This document shows, in pieces, positions 1 through 13,602 of a stretch of 64,000 nucleotides of DNA. A program made the translations under genes and the position numbers. This stretch comes from Eledone cirrhosa (taxonomy: Eukaryota): the NCBI GenBank assembly GCA_964016885.1, contig OZ024740.1, forward strand, positions 91,822,001 to 91,886,000. The letters are read 5' to 3'. How positions within the stretch are numbered: position 1 is the stretch's first letter; each line of letters begins with the position of its first letter. The notes beneath the pieces are model-generated. The model worked only from the letters and a program-made list of their open reading frames with translations, did no database searches and had not been told where the DNA came from.

Positions 1-334
1 TATGTTCTTCGTGAAAATAAAGACTTTTAATATAAATTGTTTATAAAATATATTGTACATACGGCCCTAGTAAAACTATTGTCTAAATACCTTTCATATT
101 TACATAATCTTTTCCACATTTACCTAATAACCAAATAGACTAATTTCACCACTTCAATTAAATAAAAGGAAATATATACATCTAAAATACATACTGATTC
201 AATAGGTGTTTTTGAACATGATTTCTATTTAATATTTAACCATGGTCTATAGAAGAAAACTCACATATTCGTTACATCTCATGCGACCTATATCAAGATC
301 ATTCTTTATCAGTTCAACCTATGTAGAATATGTC

Positions 335-445
335 GAATTTAATCCCATCGAAGTTAACTTTACCTTTCATCCTTACGGGGTCGATAAAATGAAGCACCAG
401 TAAATCACTGGGGTAATTGCTGTTCTTGTACCAAAAGTAGAACAG
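335..445 (+). mobile_element. SINE 3' fragment (octopus-type tRNA-derived family)
   Basis: Core CCTTTCATCCTTACGGGGTCGATAAAAT..CCAGTA..ACTGGG matches the full copy at 49821-50004. Confidence 0.8.
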
Positions 446-1639
446 TGTATCTCTCACAAAAAGTCACTTAACCCAGATGAAACTGTTAACGTTAGTCGAG
501 GCAAAAATGATCATCAACATGGAAAATAGAAGCAAATCGAATCGTATGATTTATTAGTCCCTTGTGACAATTAGCAATGAAAAGTCCAAGGAATCCTACG
601 AGCTGTAAAGACTATAAATCTAAGAACAAAATAACTCGTTTACAAATAATTTTGATATAATTGTACACAAGTCAACAATAATTAGTCCTATTACTCTACA
701 ATTACATGTGTGTCTTATGTTCTTCATTCATTCCTGTTAACATTAGGCCCTTGTTTTATGAAAGTTTTTTTTGTGACAGATTTCGAATGGTTTATTCGAA
801 ATGATATGAAACTATTCCTGTTACTCTGTTGAGTTACGCTTAATAATCTAAAACACTAGGAAAATAGTATTATAAATGGAGAGCTATCTAAATGCATCTG
901 TTTGCATATCTTTAATATTTACATTTTCTTCAAATCTTGTGTTGTTTTTGTTTGCCTACAATAATTTTGCTTCGTTCATTAATTCCAACATGTATGTAGT
1001 TAATAGGATATAGTCATTTCATGTAATCTATTCTTTGCGGGATTTATATTTTCATAAATCTAACAGCATTCTTAATTCGTGGTATCTATCACCATTGCTA
1101 AGCTGCAACTTTACTGTACGCATATTGAATTATCTCCTCGTCTGAAGCCCCTTAATATGCGTAGCAATGTTTCAAGATGTTTAAACCATCCGCATCAACA
1201 GTTTACGTGTTATTGTTATCTTTACATGCATTTAAATCTCTTTTCCTTGGCACATTTCCTAATATTTTTAGATTGAGGAAAGTCATGTGCAAATATATGT
1301 TTCTCTAGAGAGATCCTTCTCCTAATAGAAATTATTTTTGCAAGGTACACTATTCTCTCTGTATTCGTAGATGGTTTTTAAGGTATATATTAGCTGTTTT
1401 ATCTAATGATTATTATTGGAAAACAATCAGTCGTGTTTAATGCTTGCAAACCCACAAAGTGCGGAAAACTGTGAAATTCCTAATATTATTTAAATCGAAA
1501 ATACTTAATAATTTTCTCTCCCATTTTTCGTGATTTCAATATGACAAAGTACTGATAATAAGTATTTAAGCCGTATTAGCATTGCAGCATATCATTATTT
1601 TTTTTTTGTTAAGTATGGTAAGTTTGTTTTTGCTTTAAG

Positions 1640-2235
1640 GGTTAATCTGATATGAGAGCCTCAGCTGTACATTATTTTGTGCTGCCATTTCGGCTATGCA
1701 GCGTTTCAAGCGTGACGACCTCATCGCCGACCTCATATGTCCGAGGAGGACAGGCAGCTTTCTTATGTCTGGGGGTTGTAGAGAAAGAGGTTGTGTGGTG
1801 GACGCGCATGATAAACTTGAAGACACTTTCCATATCTGTCAAGCCCTCATCAACTTTTTCAATCTTCACCTAGAATGGATGCTGAAGCTAGGGAGGGCGT
1901 GGGAGTACTGACTCGCAGTACAATTATTAAAAGTTATGTGAATGTAGCAAATGTGGCTCGAGTGAAATGAACTAGTTTGAGTATGCTTGTATAGGCTGGG
2001 GATTTCACCTTCCAATGGTGCTCTTGGCAATCAGTGTGGTTTTCCATCTCCATGGATGACAAATCACTACTGTGTGGCGCTTCCTTTCGGGGAATTCACG
2101 ATTTGTATTTTGTTGTTAATTCTCACCTGCTTTATTAGTTTACCGTTTTTAAAAATTATTTGTATATACTTACTCTCCCTGGTTTTCAAGTCGTTACTTA
2201 TGTTTTGGCCGTGGTGTCAAATAAAGTGATACTTG
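1640..2235 (+). mobile_element. Decayed 3' end of Tx1-clade LINE
   Basis: GQAAFLCLGVVEKEVVWWTRM and QALINFFNLHL align with the ORF2 C-terminus of the Tx1 copies in this window (GQAVFICLVAMVKEIVWWTRL..ALIDFFKFHL); ends near AATAAA at ~2220. Confidence 0.8.
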
Positions 2236-2297
2236 TTTTTTTAAGTCTTATTGTATTAAGAAATTTGGTTTGTGGCATATATGTAGGTCCCTGTAAG

Positions 2298-2440
2298 TTT
2301 TGAGTTCAAATACCATCGAAATTAGCTTTGCCTTTCATTCTTTTGAAATCAATACAATAAAGGACCAGTCATGCACTGGGGTCATTTAAATCTACGTTAC
2401 CGTTCCCTCTAGAATGCTGATCTTGTGCTAAATGTAAGAT
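2298..2440 (+). mobile_element. Degenerate SINE fragment
   Basis: B-box-like GAGTTCAAATACC followed by CTTTGCCTTTCAT..ACCAGTCATGCACTGGGG. Confidence 0.7.
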
Positions 2441-2599
2441 TATTTAATATTATATGTTATTCTTACATGTGGGAATATAATACGATATTTCCTCTACTGA
2501 TGATATTTTATTTAAATATGGTCGAACCATATTTCTTATCATTGTTTACTTAAGGTGATAATCTATCAGTCGTGATAGTATGATTATTGCAGCTGAGAT

Positions 2600-2895
2600 A
2601 GGGAAGTCAATGAAAAATTGCGCGAGACAAAGATTACCTAATTTAGATTGATTTTTCTACGACTTCTATGAGCATGTGTCAGATATGATCGGTGACATCT
2701 TGGTAGATGTCCTCAGCAACGTGCAGCCAAAGGGTGTATGCAGCGTTGTGTGAACCAGAGAATGGTATTGCTTCTCATGGAAGAAGCGATTAAATGTGAG
2801 GAGATATTTAATTTCCGGGGTATGATTTGCTAACCACAGGGTTTAGGATGTTTTACATGTGTTAGCAAAGTGTTTAGCATTTGTCGTAAGAGTTG
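2600..2895 (+). mobile_element. Highly decayed Tx1 RT fragment
   Basis: FYDFYEHVSDMIGDILVDV and VLAKCLAFVV resemble PYELYVQMPHLFRCLLAEV and VLAKRLPFVV of the Tx1 ORF2 at 32405-32740. Confidence 0.6.
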
Positions 2896-5800
2896 GGTCT
2901 CGGAATTGTAGACGTACAATTATATGTACAAACATGCATAATATATATTTATATTATAACACACACCCAACGTATGTGATACTTGATGGAGGAAGTCGAG
3001 AGATAATTTGCATTTGGTGGAGTAGTTTCAATATGGTTCACCTGAAAGTGTTAGATAAGACGCACTAACGCTGGCTCTCGGCCGCCCTTCGTCTAGCCGG
3101 ATTCGGCCTCATCTAAAGGAGATTGATTATGGTAAAAGCCTGGCGCGACATTATGTTCCGTTGTGAAACATAATCTGTCGGTGCAATATTCATAAGGTTT
3201 TTCCTTTGTCAGTTCTTTATCACCTAGATCTTGAGTCACTGATGCGGAAGCAACACTGCTGTTCAAGGTAATCAGTTTTGCTTTCGAACGTCGGTGAACA
3301 TTTTCAGCATATTCGGATTTCGTCCCCATGATAGTGTCACAATCCACGGCTTCTGGAAATGGGCGCTGTACACTAAAGAACTATGAATTTTTGAAAAAAG
3401 AAAAATGATCTATCTGGATAAGGCAGGTAGCTTGGGAATGGGCCCCTTAAAAAGAACATTCACATCATGAGGCGCTGGGGTGACGGGCCCTTTCACATTA
3501 GGTAAATCCATAACTCTTTTACAGTTAGCATGATATTCAGCAAACCTGGACCTGTTTTAGCATCCCTACTTGGCTGAAGTGAACATGCAGCATGTATCTA
3601 ATACATCACATCACGTTGGCTTACTAGAAGCGAATGAAGTATATATCAAGCTGGTGAAATTTATCCTATGCAATGGGCATCTGTAACTCCTCAGATATTT
3701 GTTTCCCTAATAATATCACGTTTGATGTGAAAATCAAAGTGAACGAGAAACTTTGGTTGGATTTCAATTGTAAATATTTAGTCATCATATCTAGCAAACG
3801 TTTATAGTAGTTTAAGAAATTATCCTCACGGATGTAATGTGGAGTAACTGCAGTGATAGAACATACAATGAAATCCTAACTCTACAGTTCAGGGGATCCT
3901 TCGAAATTTGCAAATATTCCTTATTAGCTTGTATGTATATTAAGTGTAGAAAACTTGTAGTACAGTCTACCACACCTTAACCTGGTCATTTAAAGTATGT
4001 GTGCGATGTTTGTTAAATTATGATCAAGTACATATAGATAAGTAACAAATATATCAACAACTAAAGGTCAATTCCTTAAGGTTCATTTATGAAATTGTCA
4101 TATTTGCCGTTGGCAAATGTAGCATACGATTACATATGCACATATTGAATGAAGGTTAATGAATTCTGGTATCGGATGTCGACTAGTGTGGTATCAATTC
4201 CTCAGTGTCATACAATACGATTATACTCTATGACATCAGTAACTATACGAAATTCTATTACACCCATTTCATAAATATAGCAACTATGTGTTTTGTATTT
4301 GTATGTGGATACAGGACATTCATTGACATTGATAAGGTTGTTCATTTTATTTAATATATTTGCGATTAAATCAGATGAAATGAAAAACATTATTAGGAAC
4401 CTCAGATATGGATTACTACCAATTTAGTAACTGCTATAAAATGCATATCTTCTAGATTTACGTGTATTAAAATTAGATCGAAAAGAGCTGTGTCAATGTG
4501 TTTTGGAAAGAAATGCTGCGCTGGCTGATTAAACGCATCGAGCTGATTATTTTTCTTTTTGAATACATTGTTCTAATGTTCTCAACTAACATTAAAACAC
4601 AATTTAGTTCTAAACGAACTTGGAATAGGGACTGTAATTATATGTCAAATTAGTAATCGAATCCAATTATGGATATTATCCAATGCAAGTTTTCAACGGA
4701 TTCCACAAATATTGCTTCACTTTGAGTTACTCTCTGCTCCACAAAATTGACAGACAATAGAAATTAAATTACTTGGTGTCGTATTGCTGAGTCGTCTAAT
4801 TGTAAAATCTATATTACTAAAATTTTAAGCAGACATTATTTAAGATAAGAATTAACTATTCCAACTCTATCGATTTATTTCACATGAGTGTGCTGAAACG
4901 TGGAACGATAATTAACTATTAAATCAAGTGAATTTTTAAATCATATTTTCAGCATTTCATACATTTAATAATGTACGGTATTATATTGTGTAAATGATAG
5001 CCCTAAGATATCAGAACGCACATTTATTCGAATACAGAAGTTTCAGAAATTCATTTATATTCAAGGATTCGAATCCGGCACGGTGAATACTGAACAGTAT
5101 CATGTATACACTTTCCTCTATATGTGATAACATATATGCATTTACATATATTAGATGATTGTTCCAAGTGTAGCGATTCATAGTATCTGCTGGGAGAAAT
5201 GATATGTTATTCGTAATTTCATCAGCCAAGAAATATCATGAGATACAAATTATGCTGTAAACTAGAATAAACTATACTACGTACATTCATATAAACACAC
5301 TCTAATATAATCTAGTTTTATTTCGTTATAAATCAACATGTTTTTAAAGTCTTGAAAAAAGGCTTAAATGAGTAAAATTCAAAGTGTTGTTGAGTAAGAT
5401 TTATTCATATAGACTGAGATATACACAATTGCAAATTTTACGTCGCACGTAACATCGCATTACATTGTTATACGAATATTGTAGCTTCATATATAGCACA
5501 AAGAAATATAAAATTGGTAAGCAGTGATGCTGTGTGCCGATTGGCGCTTGCACTTACTGCACAATATCTGATAGCGTAAAGTTATCGCAGCAACAGTTCC
5601 CTCAGTATAAAGCAAACTATTAACCTCCTAAATATTGACTTCGGAAGCTGGCACATTAGTGCAGAATTTACTGCACATTTCGCACATACAGCAGCCTATT
5701 GCCTGCCGTTAGCTTAGAAAATGTTTGCAAGCTACTTCTTCACCCGCTTCAGTTGACCTCTACTCATATGTTGAGATCACTGGTGCAGCGCTCAGCAATA

Positions 5801-5899
5801 CACCTACCCAGTGTATGTTGGAGATCATCTAACAACGAGTTAGTAGTATCATGATACTACATCCGCGACATTTTCCATCACTTCCATTCCAGAAGCTAA

Positions 5900-7030
5900 T
5901 GTCAATCGGGCGTATTAAAATGATTAAAGAAAGGGGTGACAGTACACACCCGTGGCGGTGTACCATTCTGCGGTTCATGTCAATGGAGGGGCTGCATTTT
6001 CGACTGCTCTCCATCTAATCAACTGCAGCCTGAGATTTCCTAAATCCAGGAGAACCCATACAAATGGCATGTTCAGCTTGACCTATAAGATAAAAAGAGC
6101 TGCACCCGAAGATAAGGATGTTAGGACCATATATGTGAACATGTTTGCATCCAAATTAAAATAAATCACCTACCAAACTGAGACTGAGTAAACCATGTTC
6201 AAATCCACAGTTTCTATATATATTCTTAAATGCTATGGAAGAGAAAGATTTGATATGTTAAAAGGTCGCAGCAAAGATAGTAAAGGAGTCAAAAAGGAAG
6301 ATATGGGTAGAATCTAATATTTAACTGAAATATGACATTAGACCATCAAATGAAATTTATCTGACAGATCATACGCCGACTTCTTATTATCATGTCCCCT
6401 TCCACGACTCTTATTTGGAAAGCGCCTGGGATTATTTTCGTTTCTAAGAGAGGCATGCAAGTGGGATAGAGAGGATACAATGCTGAACTCCTAAATCCAG
6501 TCAAAACATCTTCATACTTACATTAAATGTACCAGGAAGCCTTGACTGGCATTTCAAAATCGTGGGTCACCGGAGCAATTAAAGGGATCAAATGTAACAA
6601 AGCCGTGAGGAGAATATAATTCGTCACAATATGTCTAGATCCCCAAATAGAGATGGAGACCTCTGTCTCTTCTCAGGATTCCTGTGGCCCGGTGTCCTAA
6701 ATTTATGGAAAGGCGCCCTATCAATGACAACTGGAAGAGACAATCTTTCAAAACGAGACACAAGAAAGACTGCTGTTTCTATTCGAATATGTTTGTTAAA
6801 CTTCTCCCATTTATACTGTCTATGCCAAGTCATTGTCAAAGAGATGTACGTACATTGTCATATTTCAATATGAAATGTTGGAAAGAATGGTCTTTTCCTC
6901 AGACGCCGCACAACCGTCTAACTATCCAAACTGTGGCATCTCTTCGGAATGTCATGGAAGTATTAACCAGAAATATTTGCCTATTGTGTAAACATCAAAA
7001 AAGGCAGAGGACTACTTTCCTCTGATCCTG
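5900..7030 (+). mobile_element. Highly decayed non-LTR retrotransposon, probably RTE clade
   Basis: Frameshifted remnants in RT order: AIKGIKCNKA, WKGAL, RKD/KDCCFY..KLL, LRNVME, KKAED. Confidence 0.45.
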
Positions 7031-8309
7031 CTGTTCAATTTCCTGATTCAAAATAACCTAAATTCATATATCTCTGGACCGGATCACTAGAGAAATCAAA
7101 TGTTAATTGCCGCAAATTTATGTAACAATGTTTCAAAGAGAATAATGATTTTGTTAACATAATCAACGATTATAGATATGGTTGGGGAAACATTGACCCT
7201 TTCATATGCCATTGGATTTCAAAGCAACCTTCTTATGTCAAGAAGATATCACGAATTTCCTATCTTTAAGGTTTGGAAAATGAAATATGCTACTTGCGAT
7301 TATACCATTTGAATATAAATATGTAATATCAATTAAATAATGACATACTTTTTACTTTAATAAATCCGTTTTTAATTCTGCCCCTGAACCTTAAACATAA
7401 TGACTTAGAAAAGAAGTCAAATTTGAAATAGGCATCAATTGCATTGTTGTTGGATATCAACGTATATATAGATCACACTGTTAATTGATATATATATATT
7501 CGTTAGTCAGTGTTCTGTGCGGACGTAATTGCATGTAATTACGTTGGAATCTGTTAGGAGCATTTCACCAAACAGACGCTGAATATCGACATTTTAAAAA
7601 GCTATAGGTGTAGATTAATATCGAAGGCGTAATAAATTCCCGATATCATTGCATACTTAATCGATTAACAAATACATATTATCGTATATACATTGAAACA
7701 GATGAATCGGAGGTAACCACAGTAAGTAAGGTACACAATACGTAGCACAGTATAAACAATGTAATATAGATGAGATTCTACAGAAGTAGACCTGTTTGAT
7801 TATTTAGAAATCATCAGGAATCTGGCTTTCCAAAGTTAAATGTAGTGGTATTTATATATTTTCATGTGGAAGGATAGGGTGAGGAGTAGGATTGTTGGGA
7901 TCATCAGTTGAAAGAAAAGAGAATTCATTAAAAGCTAATTCTTTAAATCTATAATTTATATTTAGAGTGACAAAGGCAGAAAGGATTCTATAAACAGGTT
8001 CAGAATGGGGTGCCATTCCTTATTTTTAAGTTTCTCTTAAGCTAACAATGCCTATATTTCAGTTGTCTATAATGTGGTTGTGGATCGGTGATGGTTGATG
8101 GATTTAAAGAAAAGAGAAATTCTTTAAAAGCTAATAATTTAAAGCTCTACTTAGAGTGACAAGGCCAAGATCATTTTTTAAGCCAGCTCAAAATAGTGGG
8201 TGTCTATCATTGTTATCATATTTCACTTAAGCTATATTCCAGGTGTCAACAGACATATTCACATACACACACACACACACACACACGCACACACACACAC
8301 ACACACGCA

Positions 8310-8398
<89 letters not shown>

Positions 8399-8524
8399 CC
8401 ATATATATACATATAAACATATACACATACATACATTCATACATACATATATATATATATACAAACATACATATATATACATACAGACACATATATACAT
8501 ATATATACATACATATAAACATAT

Positions 8525-8790
8525 ACGCCCGGACGATTAACCCATTCGATATGCAAATCGGGCTACTCAGCCGTTAATATGCATACGGTAAGTATATACG
8601 TTAAACAATCTGGCAGGAAGGTATACGATGCTGACGATAGCTAATAAGCTTGAAACTAGTACAGCGTTCCTTTGTCAGTGTTGAACAAACGGGCAACGAT
8701 GGTTGCTGGACACTATGGTTTAATACGGGATGTTTGTTTACAAACACACCGAGCATTATAATAAATGTTCGGTGAATCCATACGTACATA
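8525..8790 (+). mobile_element. Short non-coding repeat carrying a hammerhead motif (family A)
   Basis: Reverse-complement homologue at 39838-40115; both copies are embedded in (TA)n. Confidence 0.75.
8627..8665 (+). ncRNA. Minimal type I hammerhead ribozyme motif
   Basis: GATG-CTGACGA-T-AGCT-AATA-AGCT-T-GAAA-CTAG-TA-CAGC: CUGANGA and GAAA boxes, helix II, palindromic helix III ACTAGT, GUA triplet. Confidence 0.75.
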
Positions 8791-8873
8791 TATATATATG
8801 TGTGCATGTATATATATACATACTTCTGTACGTCTGAAAACATATATGTATGTACGTGTACATATTTATATAT

Positions 8874-8940
<67 letters not shown>

Positions 8941-8986
8941 ATACACATACATACATATACACTCACATACACACATAATCGTGCAT

Positions 8987-9025
<39 letters not shown>

Positions 9026-9071
9026 ATACACATACATACATATACACTCACATACACACATAATCGTGCAT

Positions 9072-9166
<95 letters not shown>

Positions 9167-9414
9167 TACACATATACACATATATACACATACATATACA
9201 CACATATATACAACTATGCATACATATATATATACTCATATATACAAACATATAAAAACAAATCTCCATACACATATATACACATGTATATACGTATATA
9301 CACATATATACATCCATATATATACACATATACAAAATACATAAACACATACACAAATATATATATATATATACACATATATATATATATACACACATAT
9401 ATATATATATACAT

Positions 9415-9472
<58 letters not shown>

Positions 9473-9492
9473 GTGTGTGTGTATATATACAC

Positions 9493-9559
<67 letters not shown>

Positions 9560-9591
9560 CACATATTTACATATATATACATTACATACAC

Positions 9592-9626
<35 letters not shown>

Positions 9627-9630
<4 letters not shown>

Positions 9631-10841
9631 GAAATAAATCAAAGAAGCCTTCATTACATCAAAAGTTTTTATTAGCCAACAATGTTTCGTCCTATTAAGG
9701 ACTCATCAGGGAAAGTATAGCTATAAGGAGCACTATCGGCCAATACAAGCTAAAAACTCAGAATAATTTGGGGTATACATACATTAAAGCATAGGAAAAT
9801 TATCAAGTAAAAATTATCAAGTAAAAATTGCTAAGGAAGTGAACCATATTACAAATATAGTACAATGCAAAAACTAAAGCTAAACACAAGTGGTGATATA
9901 AAGCGAGAATTACGGTACTATATATAATATAATATAATATAATATAATATAATATAATATAATATCATTGATAATGATAATAATAATAATATTAAAAGGC
10001 CCAATAAACATACATATACATATGTACACATATACATATATATATCAATACACTTATCCATCTATACAAAGCCAAACTAACACCTATTAAGAGTTTAAAT
10101 ATAAATAAAAATAAAAATAAAAATAAAAATAAAAATAAAAATAATACATATATTATTTACAGTATAAAATGATAAAGAAATGTGTAAAAGTAAACATATA
10201 AAATATAATATACTATATAAATATATAATTAATAATCTCCGGTCAATTTGCACAAACAGTATAAATATTACAATAACACTATAATAATAATATTATAATA
10301 TATTGGGATATAACTTAACAAATCATATAAAGTTACACACAGGGTGAGAAAAAAAAAATATCATACAGAACTAAATTGTGTTGAAAAAATTGTGCTGGAA
10401 AAATATCTATACCGCTGTAAGAAAACAGACGGAGGTCACGTTTTTATACAATTGGTATAAATAAGTATTATCTAAACATTACAAAAATTATAAAAATATA
10501 AACATATTACAGAATTTACAAAATTTAACATAAGGGTACGTCAATATTAAATAATGAACCAGTATAATATACATAATTACATGGTTGGTAGACAGACATA
10601 TGTGAATAAGTGAATAAGAACTAGACAGAAACTACGCACAGTACTAAAAAAATATAAATATAAATAAAATCAATCGGAAATCGAAAAACAAAAACAAAAA
10701 AGACTTTTGATGTATTGAAGGCTTCTTTAGTTTATTTCTTAATTCTTCGGCTCTGTTTAATTACATTGAGCTATACCTTTACTGTGATTTCTATAATATG
10801 AAGAGGGTGTTAAACTCCAACACACTTAAGTATTTTAATTT
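9627..10841. mobile_element. PLE-type 3' region with 40-bp inverted repeat and ~100-nt tail (family B)
   Basis: 9627-9666 is the reverse complement of 10703-10742 (about 3 mismatches); unique tail 10743-10841; flanked by (TA)n; contains a hammerhead motif. Confidence 0.7.
9676..9711 (-). ncRNA. Minimal hammerhead ribozyme motif
   Basis: Minus strand CC-CTGATGA-GTCC-TTAATA-GGAC-GAAA-CATTG-TT-GG: canonical core with a perfect helix II. Confidence 0.8.
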
Positions 10842-10842
10842 T

Positions 10843-10876
<34 letters not shown>

Positions 10877-10886
10877 TATATATATA

Positions 10887-10978
<92 letters not shown>

Positions 10979-10979
10979 C

Positions 10980-11048
<69 letters not shown>

Positions 11049-11321
11049 AACATGTCCAAATGCAGGTACATGTGAACGCACGTACACACAGCGATATGCT
11101 TATAAACCAACGGCCACTCATACAAATAAATACAAACATATACTCAAAAACTTAAAGAATTAGCTTTAAATTAATTCCCTTTTCTTTCAACCAATGACCT
11201 CCACCTATGCCATTCCACACCCTCTCCTACCACCTTAAAAGATATTGGAAAACCAGACCCCTGATGATTTCTAAATAATGAAGCAGTTCTAGTCCTGTAG
11301 ACACTCATCTATATTAAAACT

Positions 11322-11395
<74 letters not shown>

Positions 11396-11401
<6 letters not shown>

Positions 11402-11675
11402 TAAGAAATTATAAGCTTTCACCGTATTTTAGACTAAACAAATTGGTAGCTTGATAGTGGGGTTTATAACCCTCGGAGAAATGGAAAAATATATGAGTGT
11501 TGCCGTACAACACTCATCTTGTTTCCATTTCTCCGAGGGTTATAAACCCCACTATCAGGCTAGCAATTTCTTTAGTCTAAAATACGGTGGGAGCTTATAA
11601 TTTATAATTTATAATTTTCAAACTCGCGCACCGTTTCAAAAATATACTTACATGTTTACATTTATAATTTCCTTG

Positions 11676-11680
<5 letters not shown>
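11396..11680. mobile_element. Fold-back element, ~97-bp arms plus tail
   Basis: Arms 11406-11502 / 11507-11603, centre GAGTGTTG-CCGTA-CAACACTC, tail to 11680, (TA)n on both sides. Confidence 0.8.
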
Positions 11681-11720
<40 letters not shown>

Positions 11721-11727
<7 letters not shown>

Positions 11728-12598
11728 AAGTAAGTCCTTCATCAGTGACCCTCCAACCGTCCCAGGCATTTCATCGCTTTAAGGGCCATATACCTGAGGT
11801 TGGTGCGAACAGCGGCTAAAAAAAGTCGTTGGGACACGTAAATAAAGGGGACGTTAGGGTGAACAAACAAAATGGTTTAAGCAACAGAAAGTGAGAAGAA
11901 AGAGACAAGTCCCAGATTTCTATGAATATAAACTCGGTGAAATCGTGAACAAAAGACAACAGACCATCAAACCTGGTTGAAATGTGAGCAAGGAAGGAAT
12001 TTCGCACAGGTTTAACGGGGTGAAGAAGAGGGGGTCTGGTCTGCGAATTCGGTAAACATAAGTTCTGTGAAGTCGCAGACGAGGGAGAGAGAGAGAGAAA
12101 AATAATGTCATGCCGGCTTGGCCAAGAACGCGCTGAAAAGAAATCGGACAGGTCAAGCGGGAAGAAAGAGGAGGAAAGAGGCAAGCCGGTATGAAATTGT
12201 TTTTCTCTCTCTCTCTCTCGTCTGCGACGTCACGGATCTTATGTTTACCGAATTCGCAGAACAGACCCCTCTTCTTCCCCCCATTAGACCTGTGCGAAAT
12301 TCCTTCCTTGCTCACATTTCAACCAGGTTTGATGGTCTTTTGTCTCTTGTTCACGATTTCACCGAGTTTATATTCATAGAAATCTTTCTTCTCACTTTCT
12401 GTTGCTTAAACCATTTTGTTTGTTCAGCCTAACGTCCCTTTTATTTACGTGTCCCAACGACTTTTTTTAGCCGTTGTTCGCACCAACCTGAGGTATATGG
12501 CCCTTAAAGCGATGAAATGCCTGGGAAGGTTGGAGGGTCACTGATGAAGGACTTACTTTTTCATATGTATCCCATTTGCAACGCGCAGCTCCATTATT

Positions 12599-12601
<3 letters not shown>
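11721..12601. mobile_element. Fold-back element, ~400-bp arms plus tail
   Basis: Arms 11721-12120 / 12182-12567, ~60-bp spacer, tail 12568-12601, (TA)n on both sides. Confidence 0.85.
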
Positions 12602-12673
<72 letters not shown>

Positions 12674-12813
12674 AGTGTAATTTACTACACAAAACGAAGG
12701 TTATAGAGAAAACTGAGGTTGGTAATGGCACATGGAATATATAAGAGACAGAATACTTTTTTGTGAAAAAACATATAATTTTATAAGGTAAGGAAATAAT
12801 AAAGGGCATAAAT

Positions 12814-12857
12814 AATGACCGGTTTCGATGGGTCTGCAAAAGCCATCTTTTCAAATG
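12814..12857 (-). ncRNA. Minimal hammerhead motif (U3-A8 variant) in the pLTR; mutated second copy at 16931-16974 (+)
   Basis: TTGAAAA-GATGG-(11 nt)-CCATC-GAAA-CCGG-TC-ATT; palindromic helix III ACCGGT; helix I is weak. Confidence 0.65.
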
Positions 12858-13311
12858 TTGATTAATATTAAGAGAAATTAATAATAAGAAGAGTTAAAAT
12901 TTGAGATTTGAAAATTCAAGTATAAAATTCATTGTGGGATTTCATAGTAGTTTTCATCTTGGTAGCAGCTCGTTGACTGCTTCTGGTAGTGAATGAGAAG
13001 TTATTTGGGGGGGGGGGGGGGGGGGGGGTTATTTTATAAAGGTCAAATTTAGCAATGGCCAGATGGCCAGCTGCTGGTCAATGAAGGGGTGGAAGCAATA
13101 TACATACATATATCTTCCTGTGCTCGGTAGGAGAGGGGAGATTGATAGAAAGGGATTTAGTGCACTTACACCTATATATACACACATACCTTCATCCACA
13201 CATACATACATATACATATACATATATATATATATATATACATATACACACATACATACACACACACATATACACATACATACACACATACACACACACA
13301 TATATGCACAT

Positions 13312-13369
<58 letters not shown>

Positions 13370-13555
13370 ACATACATATATATATACACACATATACATA
13401 CACATATATATACACACACCCACACATGCATACACACACACATATATATACATACACACATACAAACGCACACACATATATACACATACACACACATATA
13501 TATACACACACACACACACATATATATATACACATACGCATACATCCAGATACAC

Positions 13556-13602
<47 letters not shown>

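Larger units (their letters stand above)
8260..9626. repeat. Compound (TA)n/(CA)n microsatellite field
   Basis: Directly visible; interrupted by the element at 8525-8790 and a 60-bp tandem duplication (8937-8996 / 9021-9080). Confidence 0.95.

Noticed and set aside
3060-3500. GC-richer island with an 84-aa minus-strand ORF
   Set aside because: No recognisable motif, terminal repeat or splice pattern; cannot be classified.
11255-11300. CTGATGA..GAAG possible hammerhead; also CTGATGA at 12541 and ~39517
   Set aside because: No convincing helix II plus GAAA plus helix III arrangement.
11396-12601. Hairpins as MITEs or Foldback DNA transposons
   Set aside because: One-sided tails, variable centres and hammerhead motifs in analogous elements fit PLE products better; not formally excluded for these two.
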